A stretch of DNA of 64,000 nucleotides, taken from the NCBI GenBank assembly GCA_964016885.1, contig OZ024753.1, positions 24,490,001 through 24,554,000 of the forward strand, in the 5' to 3' direction. The stretch comes from Eledone cirrhosa (lineage: Eukaryota). Below are positions 43,700 through 60,100 of this stretch, one piece after another; positions within the stretch are counted from its first letter, which is position 1, and each line of letters opens with the position of its first letter. The position numbers and the translations under genes were made by a program. Below the pieces are notes generated by a model. The model saw nothing but the letters and a program-made list of their open reading frames with translations, was not told the origin of the DNA and made no database searches.

Positions 43700-44640
43700 C
43701 TAACACTGTATGTAACAGAAATAGGGTTAACAATGTATGTAACAGACAGAGGACTAACCCTGTATGTAACAGACAGAGGACTAACACTGTATGTAACAGA
43801 CAGAGGACTAACACTGTATGTAACAGACAGAGGACTAACACTGTATGCAACAGACAGAGGACTAACGCTGTATGTAACAGACAGAGGACGAACACTGTAT
43901 GCAACAGACAGAGGACTGATACTGTATGTAACAGACAGAGGACTAACACTGTATGTAACAGACAGAGGACTAACACTGTATGTAACAGACAGACGACTAA
44001 CACTGTATGTAACAGACAGCGGACGAACACTGTATGTAACAGACAGAGGACTAATACTGTATGTAACAGACAGAGGACTAATACTGTATGTAACAGACAG
44101 AGGACTAACACTGTATGTAACAGACAGAGGACTAACACTGTATGTAACAGACAGAGGACTAACACTGTATGTAACATACAGAGGACTAACACTGTATGTA
44201 ACAGACAGAGGACTAACACTGTATGTAACAGAAATAGGGTTAACAATGTATGTAACAGACAGAGGACTAACCCTGTATGTAACAGACAGAGGACTAACAC
44301 TGTATGTAACAGACAGAGGACTAACACTGTATGTAACAGACAGAGGACGAACACTGTATGCAACAGACAGAGGACTGATACTGTATGTAACAGACAGAGG
44401 ACTAACACTGTATGTAACAGACAGAGGACTAACACTGTATGTAACAGACAGACGACTAACACTGTATGTAACAGACAGCGGACGAACACTGTATGTAACA
44501 GACAGAGGACTAATACTGTATGTAACAGACAGAGGACTAACACTGTATGTAACAGACAGAGGACTAACACTGTATGTAACAGACAGAGGACTAACACTGT
44601 ATGTAACATACAGAGGACTAACACTGTATGTAACAGACAG
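43700..44640. repeat. Local 513-bp (19-monomer) tandem duplication
   Basis: GAAATAGGGTTAACAATG at 43718 and 44231, each followed by the CCCT, GGACGAAC, CTGATAC, CGACT, GCGGACG, TAATAC and CATAC variants. Confidence 0.85.
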
Positions 44641-46199
44641 AGGGATAACAATGTATGTAACAGACAGAGGACTAACACTGTATGTAACAGACAGAGGACT
44701 AACACTGTATGTAACAGACAGAGGGCTAACACTGTATGTAACAGACAGAGGACTAACACTGTATGTAACAGACAGAGGGCTAACACTGTATGTAACAGGC
44801 AGAGGACTGACACTGTATGTCACAGACAGAGGAATAACAGTGTATGTAACAGACAGAGGACTAACACTGTATTTAACAGACAGAGGACTCATACTGCATG
44901 TAACAGACAGAGGGTTAACACTGTATGTAACAGACAGAGGACTAACCCTGTATGTAACAGACAGAGGACTAACTGTGTATGTAACAGACAGATGACTAAC
45001 ACTGTATGTAACAGACAGAGGACTAACACAGTATGTAACAGACAGAGGGTTAACTCTGTATGTAACAGACAGAGGACTAACACTGTATGTAAAAGACAGA
45101 GGACTAACACTGTATGCAACAGACAGAGGACTAACACTGTATGTAACAGACAGAGGACGAACACTGTATGCAACAGACAGAGGACTAATACTGTATGTAA
45201 CTGTCAGAGGACTAACACTGTATGTAACAGACAGAGGACTAACACTGTATGTAACAGACAGACGACAAACACTGTATGTAACAGACAGCGGACGAACACT
45301 GTATGTAACAGATAGAGGACTAATACTGTATGTAACAGACAGAGGACTAACACTGTATGTAGCAGACAGAGGACTAACACTGTATGTAACAGACAGCGGA
45401 CTAACAATGTATGTACCAGACAGAGGACTAACCCTGTATGTAACAGACAGAGGACTAACACGATATGTAACAGAGAGAGGACTAACACGATATGTAACAG
45501 ACAGAGGACTAACACTGTATGTAACAGACAGAGAACTAACACTAAATGTAACAGACGGAGGACTAATACTGTATGTAACAGACAGAGGACTAATACTGTA
45601 TGTAACAGACAGAGGACTAACACTGTATGTAACAGACAGAGGACTAACCCTGTATGTAACAGACGGAGGACTTACACTGTATGTAACTGACCGAGGGTTA
45701 AGATTGTATGTAACAGACAGAAGACTAACACTGTATGTAATAGACAGAGGACGAACACTGTATGTAACAGACAGAGGATAAACACTGTATGTAACAGACA
45801 GAGGACTAACACTGTATGTAACAGACAGAGGACTAACACTGTATGTAACAGACAGAGGACTAACACTGTATGTAACAGACAGAGGACTCATACTGCATGT
45901 AACAGACAGAGGGTTAACACTGTATGTAACACACAGAGGACTAACCCTGTATGTAACAGACAGAGGACTAACTGTGTATGTAACAGACAGAGGACTAACA
46001 CTGTATGTAACAGACAGAGGACTGACACTGTATGTAACAGACAGAGGACTAACACTGTATGTAACAGACAGAGGACTGACACTGTATGTAACAGACAGAG
46101 GACTGACACTGTATGTAACAGACAGAGGACTAACACTGTATGTAACAGACAGAGGACTAACACTGTATGTAACAGACAGCGGACTAACACTGTATGTAA

Positions 46200-49100
46200 C
46201 AGACAGAGGACTAACACTGTATGTAACAGACAGAGGACGAACACTGTATGCAACAGACAGAGGACTAATACTGTATGTAACAGACATAGGACTAACACTG
46301 TATGTAACAGACAGAGGACTAACACTGTATGTAACAGACAGACGACTAACACTGTATGTAACAGACAGCGGACGAACACTGTATGTAACAGACAGAGGAC
46401 TAATACTGTATGTAACAGACAGAGGACTAACACTGTATGTAACAGACAGAGGACTAACACTGTATGTAACAGACAGCGGACTAACACTGTATGTAACAGA
46501 CAGAGGACTAACACTGTATGTAACATACAGAGGACTAACACTGTATGTAACAGACAGAGGGATAACACTGTATGTAACAGACAGAGGACTAACACTGTAT
46601 GTAACAGACAGAGGACTAACACTGTATGTAACAGACAGAGGGCTAACACTGTATGTAACAGACAGAGGACTAACACTGTATGTAACAGACAGAGGGCTAA
46701 CACTGTATGTAACAGGCAGAGGACTGACACTGTATGTCACAGACAGAGGAATAACAGTGTATGTAACAGACAGAGGACTAACACTGTATGTAACAGACAG
46801 AGGACTCATACTGCATGTAACAGACAGAGGGTTAACACTGTATGTAACAGACAGAGGACTAACCCTGTATGTAACAGACAGAGGACTAACTGTGTATGTA
46901 ACAGACAGAGGACTAACACTGTATGTAACAGACAGAGGACTGACACTGTATGTAACAGACAGAGGACTAACACTGTATGTAACAGACAGAGGACTAACAC
47001 TGTATGTAACAGACAGCGGACTAACATTGTATGTAACAGACAGAGGACCAACACTGTATGTAACAGACAGAGGACTAACACTGTATGTAACAGACAGATG
47101 ACTAACACTGTATGTAACAGACAGAGGACGAACACTGTATGCAACAGACAGAGGACTAATACTGTATGTAACAGACAGAGGACTAACACTGTATGTAACA
47201 GACAGAGGACTAACACTGTATGTAACAGACAGACGACTAACACTGTATGTAACAGACAGCGGACGAACACTGTATGTAACAGACAGAGGGCTAATACTGT
47301 ATGTAACAGACAGAGGACTAACACTGTATGTAACAGACAGAGGACTAACACTGTATGTAACAGACAGCGGTCTAACACTGTATGTAACAGACAGAGGACT
47401 GGCACTGTATGTAACAGACAGAGGACTAACACTGTATGTAACAGACAGAGGACTAACACTGTATGTAACAGGCAGAGGGTTAACACTGTATGTAACAGAC
47501 AGAGGGTTAACTCTGTATGTAACAGACAGAGGACTAACACGGCATGTAACAGACAGAGGACTAACACTGTATGTAACAGACAGAGGACTAACATTGTATG
47601 CAACCGACAGAGGACGAACACTGTATGTAACAGACAGAGGACTAACACTGTATGTAACAGACAGAGGGTTAACACTGTATGTAACAGACAGAGGACTAAC
47701 ACTGTATGTAACAGACAGAGGACTAACACTGTATGTAACATACAGAGCACTAACACTGTATGTAACAGACAGAGGGTTAACACTGTATGTAACAGACAGA
47801 GGACTAACTGTGTATGTAACAGACAGAGGACTAACACTGTATGTAACAGACAGAGGACTAACACAGTATGTAACAGACAGAGGGGTAACTCTGTATGTAA
47901 CAGACAGAGGACTAACACGGCATGTAACAGACAGAGGACTAACACTGTATGTAACAGACAGAGGACTAACACTGTATGTAACAGACAGAGGACTAACACT
48001 GTATGTAAGAAGCAGAGGACTAACATTGTATGTAACAGACAGAGGACTAACACGATATGTAACAGACAGAGGAATAACACTGTATGTAACAGACAGAGGA
48101 CTAACTGTGTATGTAACAGACAGAGGACTAACACTGTATGTAACAGACAGAGGACTAACACAGTATGTAACAGACAGAGGGTTAACTCTGTATGTAACAG
48201 ACAGAGGACTAACACGGCATGTAACAGACAGAGGACTAACACTGTATGTAACAGACAGAGGACTAACACTGTATGTAACAGACAGAGGACTAACACTGTA
48301 TGTAAGAAGCAGAGGACTAACATTGTATGTAACAGACAGAGGACTAACACGATATGTAACAGACAGAGGAATAACACTGTATGTAACAGACAGAGGACTA
48401 ACACTGTATGTAACAGACAGAGGGTTAACACTATATGTAACAGACAGAGGACTAAGCCTGTATGTAACAGACAGAGGACTAACACTGTATGTAACAGACA
48501 GAGGACTAACACTGTATGTAACAGAAAGAGGGTTAACACTGTATGAAACAGACAGAGGACTAACCCTGTATGTAACAGACAGAGGACTAACACGATATGT
48601 AACAGACAGAGGACTAACACTGTATGTAACAGACAGAGGACTAATACTGTATGTAACAGACAGAGGGTTAACTCTGTATGTAACAGACAGAGGTCTAACT
48701 CTGTATGTAACAGACAGAGGACTAACACGATATGTAACAGACAGAGGACTAACACTGTATGTAACAGACAGAGAACTAACACTATATGTAACAGACAGAG
48801 GACTAACCCTGTATCTAACAGACAGAGGACTAACACTGTATGTAACAGACAGAGGACTAACACTGTATGTAACAGACAGAGGACTAACACTGTATGCAAC
48901 AGACAGAGGACTAACACTGTATCCAACAGACAGAGGACGAACACTGTATGCAACAGACAGAGGACTAACACTGTATGTAACAGACAGAGGACTAACACTG
49001 TATGTAACAGACAGAGGACTAACACTGTATGTAACAGACAGACGACTAACACTGTATGTAACAGACAGCGGACGAACACTGTATGTAACAGACAGAGGAC

Positions 49101-52100
49101 TAATACTGTATGTAACAGACAGAGGGATAACACTGTATGTAACAGACAGAGGACTAACACTCTATGTAACAGACAGAGGACTAACACTGTATGTAACAGA
49201 CAGAGGGCTAACACTGTATGTAACAGACAGAGGACTAACACTGTATGTAACAGACAGAGGGCTAACACTGTATGTAACAGGCAGAGGACTGACACTGTAT
49301 GTCACAGACAGAGGAATAACAGTGTATGTAACAGACAGAGGACTAACACTGTATGTAACAGACAGAGGACTCATACTGCATGTAACAGACAGAGGGTTAA
49401 CACTGTATGTAACAGACAGAGGACTAACCCTGTATGTAACAGACAGAGGACTAACTGTGTATGTAACAGACAGAGGACTAACACTGTATGTAACAGACAG
49501 AGGACTGACACTGTATGTAACAGACAGAGGACTAACACTGTATGTAACAGACAGAGGACTAACACTGTATGTAACAGACAGCGGACTAACATTGTATGTA
49601 ACAGACAGAGGACCAACACTGTATGTAACAGACAGAGGACTAACACTGTATGTAACAGACAGAGGACTAACACTGTATGTAACAGACAGAGGACGAACAC
49701 TGTATGCAACAGACAGAGGACTAATACTGTATGTAACAGACAGAGGACTAACACTGTATGTAACAGACAGAGGACTAACACTGTAAGTAACAGACAGACG
49801 ACTAACACTGTATGTAACAGACAGCGGACGAACACTGTATGTAACAGACAGAGGACTAATACTGTATGTAACAGACAGAGGACTAACACTGTATGTAACA
49901 GACAGAGGACTAACACTGTATGTAACAGACAGCGGTCTAACACTGTATGTAACAGACAGAGGACTGGCACTGTATGTAACAGACAGAGGACTAACACTGT
50001 ATGTAACAGACAGAGGACTAACACTGTATGTAACAGGCAGAGGGTTAACACTGTATGTAACAGACAGAGGGTTAACTCTGTATGTAACAGACAGAGGACT
50101 AACACGGCATGTAACAGACAGAGGACTAACACTGTATGTAACAGACAGAGGACTAACATTGTATGCAACCGACAGAGGACGAACACTGTATGTAACAGAC
50201 AGAGGACTAACACTGTATGTAACAGACAGAGGGTTAACACTGTATGTAACAGACAGAGGACTAACACTGTATGTAACAGACAGAAGACTAACACTGTATG
50301 TAACATACAGAGGACTAACACTGTATGTAACAGACAGAGGGTTAACACTGTATGTAACAGACAGAGGACTAACTGTGTATGTAACAGACAGAGGACTAAC
50401 ACTGTATGTAACAGACAGAGGACTAACACAGTATGTAACAGACAGAGGGTTAACTCTGTATTAACAGACAGAGGACTAACACGGCATGTAACAGACAGAG
50501 GACTAACACTGTATGTAACAGACAGTGGACTAACACTGTATGTAAGAAGCAGAGGACTAACATTGTATGTAACAGACAGAGGACTAACACGATATGTAAC
50601 AGACAGAGGAATAACACTGTATGTAACAGACAGAGGACTAACTGTGTATGTAACAGACAGAGGACTAACACTGTATGTAACAGACAGAGGACTAACACAG
50701 TATGTAACAGACAGAGGGTTAACTCTGTATGTAACAGACAGAGGACTAACACGGCATGTAACAGACAGAGGACTAACACTGTATGTAACAGACAGAGGAC
50801 TAACACTGTATGTAACAGACAGAGGACTAACACTGTATGTAAGAAGCAGAGGACTAACATTGTATGTAACAGACAGAGGACTAACACGATATGTAACAGA
50901 CAGAGGAATAACACTGTATGTAACAGACAGAGGACTAACACTGTATGTAACAGACAGAGGGTTAACACTATATGTAACAGACAGAGGACTAAGCCTGTAT
51001 GTAACAGACAGAGGACTAACACTGTATGTAACAGACAGAGGACTAACACTGTATGTAACAGAAAGAGGGTTAACACTGTATGAAACAGACAGAGGACTAA
51101 CCCTGTATGTAACAGACAGAGGACTAACACGATATGTAACAGACAGAGGACTAACACTGTATGTAACAGACAGAGGACTAATACTGTATGTAACAGACAG
51201 AGGGTTAACTCTGTATGTAACAGACAGAGGACTAACACTGTATGTAACAGACAGAGGTCTAACTCTGTATGTAACAGACAGAGGACTAACACGATATGTA
51301 ACAGACAGAGGACTAACACTGTATGTAACAGACAGAGAACTAACACTATATGTAACAGACAGAGGACTAACCCTGTATCTAACAGACAGAGGACTAACAC
51401 TGTATGTAACAGACAGAGGACTAACACTGTATGTAACAGACAGAGGACTAACACTGTATGCAACAGACAGAGGACTAACACTGTATCCAACAGACAGAGG
51501 ACGAACACTGTATGCAACAGACAGAGGACTAACACTGTATGTAACAGACAGAGGACTAACACTGTATGCAACAGACAGAGGACTAACACTGTATGTAAAA
51601 GACAGAGGACGAACACTGTATGCAACAGACAGAGGACTAATACTGTATGTAACAGACAGAGGACTAACACTGTATGTAACAGACAGAGGACGAACACTGT
51701 ATGCAACAGACAGAGGACTAATACTGTATGTAACAGACATAGGACTAACACTGTATGTAACAGACAGAGGACTAACACTGTATGTAACAGACAGACGACT
51801 AACACTGTATGTAACAGACAGCGGACGAACACTGTATGTAACAGACAGAGGACTAATACTGTATGTAACAGACAGAGGACTAACACTGTATGTAACAGAC
51901 AGAGGACTAACACTGTATGTAACAGACAGCGGACTAACACTGTATGTAACAGACAGAGGACTAACACTGTATGTAACATACAGAGGACTAACACTGTATG
52001 TAACAGACAGAGGGATAACACTGTATGTAACAGACAGAGGACTAACACTGTATGTAACAGACAGAGGACTAACACTGTATGTAACAGACAGAGGGCTAAC

Positions 52101-55100
52101 ACTGTATGTAACAGACAGAGGACTAACACTGTATGTAACAGACAGAGGGCTAACACTGTATGTAACAGGCAGAGGACTGACACTGTATGTCACAGACAGA
52201 GGAATAACAGTGTATGTAACAGACAGAGGACTAACACTGTATGTAACAGACAGAGGACTCATACTGCATGTAACAGACAGAGGGTTAACACTGTATGTAA
52301 CAGACAGAGGACTAACCCTGTATGTAACAGACAGAGGACTAACTGTGTATGTAACAGACAGAGGACTAACACTGTATGTAACAGACAGAGGACTGACACT
52401 GTATGTAACAGACAGAGGACTAACACTGTATGTAACAGACAGAGGACTAACACTGTATGTAACAGACAGCGGACTAACATTGTATGTAACAGACAGAGGA
52501 CCAACACTGTATGTAACAGACAGAGGACTAACACTGTATGTAACAGACAGATGACTAACACTGTATGTAACAGACAGAGGACGAACACTGTATGCAACAG
52601 ACAGAGGACTAATACTGTATGTAACAGACAGAGGACTAACACTGTATGTAACAGACAGAGGACTAACACTGTATGTAACAGACAGACGACTAACACTGTA
52701 TGTAACAGACAGCGGACGAACACTGTATGTAACAGACAGAGGGCTAATACTGTATGTAACAGACAGAGGACTAACACTGTATGTAACAGACAGAGGACTA
52801 ACACTGTATGTAACAGACAGCGGTCTAACACTGTATGTAACAGACAGAGGACTGGCACTGTATGTAACAGACAGAGGACTAACACTGTATGTAACAGACA
52901 GAGGACTAACACTGTATGTAACAGGCAGAGGGTTAACACTGTATGTAACAGACAGAGGGTTAACTCTGTATGTAACAGACAGAGGACTAACACGGCATGT
53001 AACAGACAGAGGACTAACACTGTATGTAACAGACAGAGGACTAACATTGTATGCAACCGACAGAGGACGAACACTGTATGTAACAGACAGAGGACTAACA
53101 CTGTATGTAACAGACAGAGGGTTAACACTGTATGTAACAGACAGAGGACTAACACTGTATGTAACAGACAGAGGACTAACACTGTATGTAACATACAGAG
53201 CACTAACACTGTATGTAACAGACAGAGGGTTAACACTGTATGTAACAGACAGAGGACTAACTGTGTATGTAACAGACAGAGGACTAACACTGTATGTAAC
53301 AGACAGAGGACTAACACAGTATGTAACAGACAGAGGGGTAACTCTGTATGTAACAGACAGAGGACTAACACGGCATGTAACAGACAGAGGACTAACACTG
53401 TATGTAACAGACAGAGGACTAACACTGTATGTAACAGACAGAGGACTAACACTGTATGTAAGAAGCAGAGGACTAACATTGTATGTAACAGACAGAGGAC
53501 TAACACGATATGTAACAGACAGAGGAATAACACTGTATGTAACAGACAGAGGACTAACTGTGTATGTAACAGACAGAGGACTAACACTGTATGTAACAGA
53601 CAGAGGACTAACACAGTATGTAACAGACAGAGGGTTAACTCTGTATGTAACAGACAGAGGACTAACACGGCATGTAACAGACAGAGGACTAACACTGTAT
53701 GTAACAGACAGAGGACTAACACTGTATGTAACAGACAGAGGACTAACACTGTATGTAAGAAGCAGAGGACTAACATTGTATGTAACAGACAGAGGACTAA
53801 CACGATATGTAACAGACAGAGGAATAACACTGTATGTAACAGACAGAGGACTAACACTGTATGTAACAGACAGAGGGTTAACACTATATGTAACAGACAG
53901 AGGACTAAGCCTGTATGTAACAGACAGAGGACTAACACTGTATGTAACAGACAGAGGACTAACACTGTATGTAACAGAAAGAGGGTTAACACTGTATGAA
54001 ACAGACAGAGGACTAACCCTGTATGTAACAGACAGAGGACTAACACGATATGTAACAGACAGAGGACTAACACTGTATGTAACAGACAGAGGACTAATAC
54101 TGTATGTAACAGACAGAGGGTTAACTCTGTATGTAACAGACAGAGGTCTAACTCTGTATGTAACAGACAGAGGACTAACACGATATGTAACAGACAGAGG
54201 ACTAACACTGTATGTAACAGACAGAGAACTAACACTATATGTAACAGACAGAGGACTAACCCTGTATCTAACAGACAGAGGACTAACACTGTATGTAACA
54301 GACAGAGGACTAACACTGTATGTAACAGACAGAGGACTAACACTGTATGCAACAGACAGAGGACTAACACTGTATCCAACAGACAGAGGACGAACACTGT
54401 ATGCAACAGACAGAGGACTAACACTGTATGTAACAGACAGAGGACTAACACTGTATGTAACAGACAGAGGACTAACACTGTATGTAACAGACAGACGACT
54501 AACACTGTATGTAACAGACAGCGGACGAACACTGTATGTAACAGACAGAGGACTAATACTGTATGTAACAGACAGAGGGATAACACTGTATGTAACAGAC
54601 AGAGGACTAACACTCTATGTAACAGACAGAGGACTAACACTGTATGTAACAGACAGAGGGCTAACACTGTATGTAACAGACAGAGGACTAACACTGTATG
54701 TAACAGACAGAGGGCTAACACTGTATGTAACAGGCAGAGGACTGACACTGTATGTCACAGACAGAGGAATAACAGTGTATGTAACAGACAGAGGACTAAC
54801 ACTGTATGTAACAGACAGAGGACTCATACTGCATGTAACAGACAGAGGGTTAACACTGTATGTAACAGACAGAGGACTAACCCTGTATGTAACAGACAGA
54901 GGACTAACTGTGTATGTAACAGACAGAGGACTAACACTGTATGTAACAGACAGAGGACTGACACTGTATGTAACAGACAGAGGACTAACACTGTATGTAA
55001 CAGACAGAGGACTAACACTGTATGTAACAGACAGCGGACTAACATTGTATGTAACAGACAGAGGACCAACACTGTATGTAACAGACAGAGGACTAACACT

Positions 55101-57050
55101 GTATGTAACAGACAGAGGACTAACACTGTATGTAACAGACAGAGGACGAACACTGTATGCAACAGACAGAGGACTAATACTGTATGTAACAGACAGAGGA
55201 CTAACACTGTATGTAACAGACAGAGGACTAACACTGTAAGTAACAGACAGACGACTAACACTGTATGTAACAGACAGCGGACGAACACTGTATGTAACAG
55301 ACAGAGGACTAATACTGTATGTAACAGACAGAGGACTAACACTGTATGTAACAGACAGAGGACTAACACTGTATGTAACAGACAGCGGTCTAACACTGTA
55401 TGTAACAGACAGAGGACTGGCACTGTATGTAACAGACAGAGGACTAACACTGTATGTAACAGACAGAGGACTAACACTGTATGTAACAGGCAGAGGGTTA
55501 ACACTGTATGTAACAGACAGAGGGTTAACTCTGTATGTAACAGACAGAGGACTAACACGGCATGTAACAGACAGAGGACTAACACTGTATGTAACAGACA
55601 GAGGACTAACATTGTATGCAACCGACAGAGGACGAACACTGTATGTAACAGACAGAGGACTAACACTGTATGTAACAGACAGAGGGTTAACACTGTATGT
55701 AACAGACAGAGGACTAACACTGTATGTAACAGACAGAAGACTAACACTGTATGTAACATACAGAGGACTAACACTGTATGTAACAGACAGAGGGTTAACA
55801 CTGTATGTAACAGACAGAGGACTAACTGTGTATGTAACAGACAGAGGACTAACACTGTATGTAACAGACAGAGGACTAACACAGTATGTAACAGACAGAG
55901 GGTTAACTCTGTATTAACAGACAGAGGACTAACACGGCATGTAACAGACAGAGGACTAACACTGTATGTAACAGACAGAGGACTAACACTGTATGTAACA
56001 GACAGTGGACTAACACTGTATGTAAGAAGCAGAGGACTAACATTGTATGTAACAGACAGAGGACTAACACGATATGTAACAGACAGAGGAATAACACTGT
56101 ATGTAACAGACAGAGGACTAACTGTGTATGTAACAGACAGAGGACTAACACTGTATGTAACAGACAGAGGACTAACACAGTATGTAACAGACAGAGGGTT
56201 AACTCTGTATGTAACAGACAGAGGACTAACACGGCATGTAACAGACAGAGGACTAACACTGTATGTAACAGACAGAGGACTAACACTGTATGTAACAGAC
56301 AGAGGACTAACACTGTATGTAAGAAGCAGAGGACTAACATTGTATGTAACAGACAGAGGACTAACACGATATGTAACAGACAGAGGAATAACACTGTATG
56401 TAACAGACAGAGGACTAACACTGTATGTAACAGACAGAGGGTTAACACTATATGTAACAGACAGAGGACTAAGCCTGTATGTAACAGACAGAGGACTAAC
56501 ACTGTATGTAACAGACAGAGGACTAACACTGTATGTAACAGAAAGAGGGTTAACACTGTATGAAACAGACAGAGGACTAACCCTGTATGTAACAGACAGA
56601 GGACTAACACGATATGTAACAGACAGAGGACTAACACTGTATGTAACAGACAGAGGACTAATACTGTATGTAACAGACAGAGGGTTAACTCTGTATGTAA
56701 CAGACAGAGGACTAACACTGTATGTAACAGACAGAGGTCTAACTCTGTATGTAACAGACAGAGGACTAACACGATATGTAACAGACAGAGGACTAACACT
56801 GTATGTAACAGACAGAGAACTAACACTATATGTAACAGACAGAGGACTAACCCTGTATCTAACAGACAGAGGACTAACACTGTATGTAACAGACAGAGGA
56901 CTAACACTGTATGTAACAGACAGAGGACTAACACTGTATGCAACAGACAGAGGACTAACACTGTATCCAACAGACAGAGGACGAACACTGTATGCAACAG
57001 ACAGAGGACTAACACTGTATGTAACAGACAGAGGACTAACACTGTATGTA
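46200..57050. repeat. Near-identical tandem duplication of ~5.45 kb (202 monomers); each copy is itself a dimer of ~2.6/2.9-kb units
   Basis: Identical ORF translations offset by 5453 (46806/52259, 47098/52551, 47594/53047, 49162/54615, 50159/55612). The internal offset is 2565 (46806/49371; CTGGCAC at ~47399/49964). Confidence 0.95.
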
Positions 57051-57129
57051 ACAGACAGAGGACTAACACTGTATGTAACAGACAGACGACTAACACTGTA
57101 TGTAACAGACAGCGGACGAACACTGTATG

Positions 57130-60100
57130 TAACAGAAATAGGGTTAACAATGTATGTAACAGACAGAGGACTAACCCTGTATGTAACAGACAGAGGACTA
57201 ACACTGTATGTAACAGACAGAGGACTAACACTGTATGTAACAGACAGAGGACTAACACTGTATGCAACAGACAGAGGACTAACACTGTATGTAACAGACA
57301 GAGGACGAACACTGTATGCAACAGACAGAGGACTGATACTGTATGTAACAGACAGAGGACTAACACTGTATGTAACAGACAGAGGACTAACACTGTATGT
57401 AACAGACAGACGACTAACACTGTATGTAACAGACAGCGGACGAACACTGTATGTAACAGACAGAGGACTAATACTGTATGTAACAGACAGAGGACTAACA
57501 CTGTATGTAACAGACAGAGGACTAACACTGTATGTAACAGACAGAGGACTAACACTGTATGTAACATACAGAGGACTAACACTGTATGTAACAGACAGAC
57601 GACTAACACTGTATGTAACAGACAGAGGACTAACACTGTATGTAACAGACAGAGGACTAACACTGTATGTAACAGACAGAGGGCTAACACTGTATGTAAC
57701 AGACAGAGGACTAACACTGTATGTAACAGACAGAGGGCTAACACTGTATGTAACAGGCAGAGGACTGACACTGTATGTCACAGACAGAGGAATAACAGTG
57801 TATGTAACAGACAGAGGACTAACACTGTATTTAACAGACAGAGGACTCATACTGCATGTAACAGACAGAGGGTTAACACTGTATGTAACAGACAGAGGAC
57901 TAACCCTGTATGTAACAGACAGAGGACTAACTGTGTATGTAACAGACAGATGACTAACACTGTATGTAACAGACAGAGGACTAACACAGTATGTAACAGA
58001 CAGAGGGTTAACTCTGTATGTAACAGACAGAGGACTAACACTGTATGTAAAAGACAGAGGACTAACACTGTATGCAACAGACAGAGGACTAACACTGTAT
58101 GTAACAGACAGAGGACGAACACTGTATGCAACAGACAGAGGACTAATACTGTATGTAACCGTCAGAGGACTAACACTGTATGTAACAGACAGAGGACTAA
58201 CACTGTATGTAACAGACAGACGACAAACACTGTATGTAACAGACAGCGGACGAACACTGTATGTAACAGATAGAGGACTAATACTGTATGTAACAGACAG
58301 AGGACTAACACTGTATGTAGCAGACAGAGGACTAACACTGTATGTAACAGACAGCGGACTAACAATGTATGTACCAGACAGAGGACTAACCCTGTATGTA
58401 ACAGACAGAGGACTAACACGATATGTAACAGAGAGAGGACTAACACGATATGTAACAGACAGAGGACTAACACTGTATGTAACAGACAGAGAACTAACAC
58501 TAAATGTAACAGACGGAGGACTAATACTGTATGTAACAGACAGAGGACTAATACTGTATGTAACAGACAGAGGACTAACACTGTATGTAACAGACAGAGG
58601 ACTAACCCTGTATGTAACAGACGGAGGACTTACACTGTATGTAACTGACCGAGGGTTAAGATTGTATGTAACAGACAGAAGACTAACACTGTATGTAATA
58701 GACAGAGGACGAACACTGTATGTAACAGACAGAGGATAAACACTGTATGTAACAGACAGAGGACTAACACTGTATGTAACAGACAGAGGACTAACACTGT
58801 ATGTAACAGACAGAGGACTAACACTGTATGTAACAGACAGAGGACTCATACTGCATGTAACAGACAGAGGGTTAACACTGTATGTAACACACAGAGGACT
58901 AACCCTGTATGTAACAGACAGAGGACTAACTGTGTATGTAACAGACAGAGGACTAACACTGTATGTAACAGACAGAGGACTGACACTGTATGTAACAGAC
59001 AGAGGACTAACACTGTATGTAACAGACAGAGGACTAACACTGTATGTAACAGACAGAGGACTGACACTGTATGTAACAGACAGAGGACTAACACTGTATG
59101 TAACAGACAGAGGACTAACACTGTATGTAACAGACAGCGGACTAACACTGTATGTAACAGACAGAGGACTAATACTGTATGTAACAGACAGAGGACTAAC
59201 ACTGTATGTAACAGACAGAGGACGAACACTGTATGCAACAGACAGAGGACTAATACTGTATGTAACAGACATAGGACTAACACTGTATGTAACAGACAGA
59301 GGACTAACACTGTATGTAACAGACAGACGACTAACACTGTATGTAACAGACAGCGGACGAACACTGTATGTAACAGACAGAGGACTAATACTGTATGTAA
59401 CAGACAGAGGACTAACACTGTATGTAACAGACAGAGGACTAACACTGTATGTAACAGACAGCGGACTAACACTGTATGTAACAGACAGAGGACTAACACT
59501 GTATGTAACATACAGAGGACTAACACTGTATGTAACAGACAGAGGGATAACACTGTATGTAACAGACAGAGGACTAACACTGTATGTAACAGACAGAGGA
59601 CTAACACTGTATGTAACAGACAGAGGGCTAACACTGTATGTAACAGACAGAGGACTAACACTGTATGTAACAGACAGAGGGCTAACACTGTATGTAACAG
59701 GCAGAGGACTGACACTGTATGTCACAGACAGAGGAATAACAGTGTATGTAACAGACAGAGGACAAACACTGTATGTAACAGACAGAGGACTCATACTGCA
59801 TGTAACAGACAGAGGGTTAACACTGTATGTAACAGACAGAGGACTAACCCTGTATGTAACAGACAGAGGACTAACTGTGTATGTAACAGACAGAGGACTA
59901 ACACTGTATGTAACAGACAGAGGACTGACACTGTATGTAACAGACAGAGGACTAACACTGTATGTAACAGACAGAGGACTAACACTGTATGTAACAGACA
60001 GCGGACTAACATTGTATGTAACAGACAGAGGACCAACACTGTATGTAACAGACAGAGGACTAACACTGTATGTAACAGACAGATGACTAACACTGTATGT

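Noticed and set aside
41035-46809. Very long ORFs (1924 aa Ser/Thr/Val-rich on the minus strand; overlapping 1469 aa and 1293 aa on the plus strand; 1656 aa at 54824-59794) resembling mucin-like or repetitive proteins
   Set aside because: The 27-bp unit is stop-free in four frames, so four ORFs overlap everywhere. ORF length simply tracks indel-free stretches (none seen ~41045-50459). There are no non-repetitive N- or C-terminal domains, and stop-creating variants and frameshifts are freely amplified.
46806-49295. Leu/Val/Cys/His-rich minus-strand ORFs resembling membrane or metal-binding repeat proteins
   Set aside because: This is just another reading frame (LHTVLVLCL) of the same monomer. 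Start and stop positions are set by recurrent satellite variants such as TCATAC.
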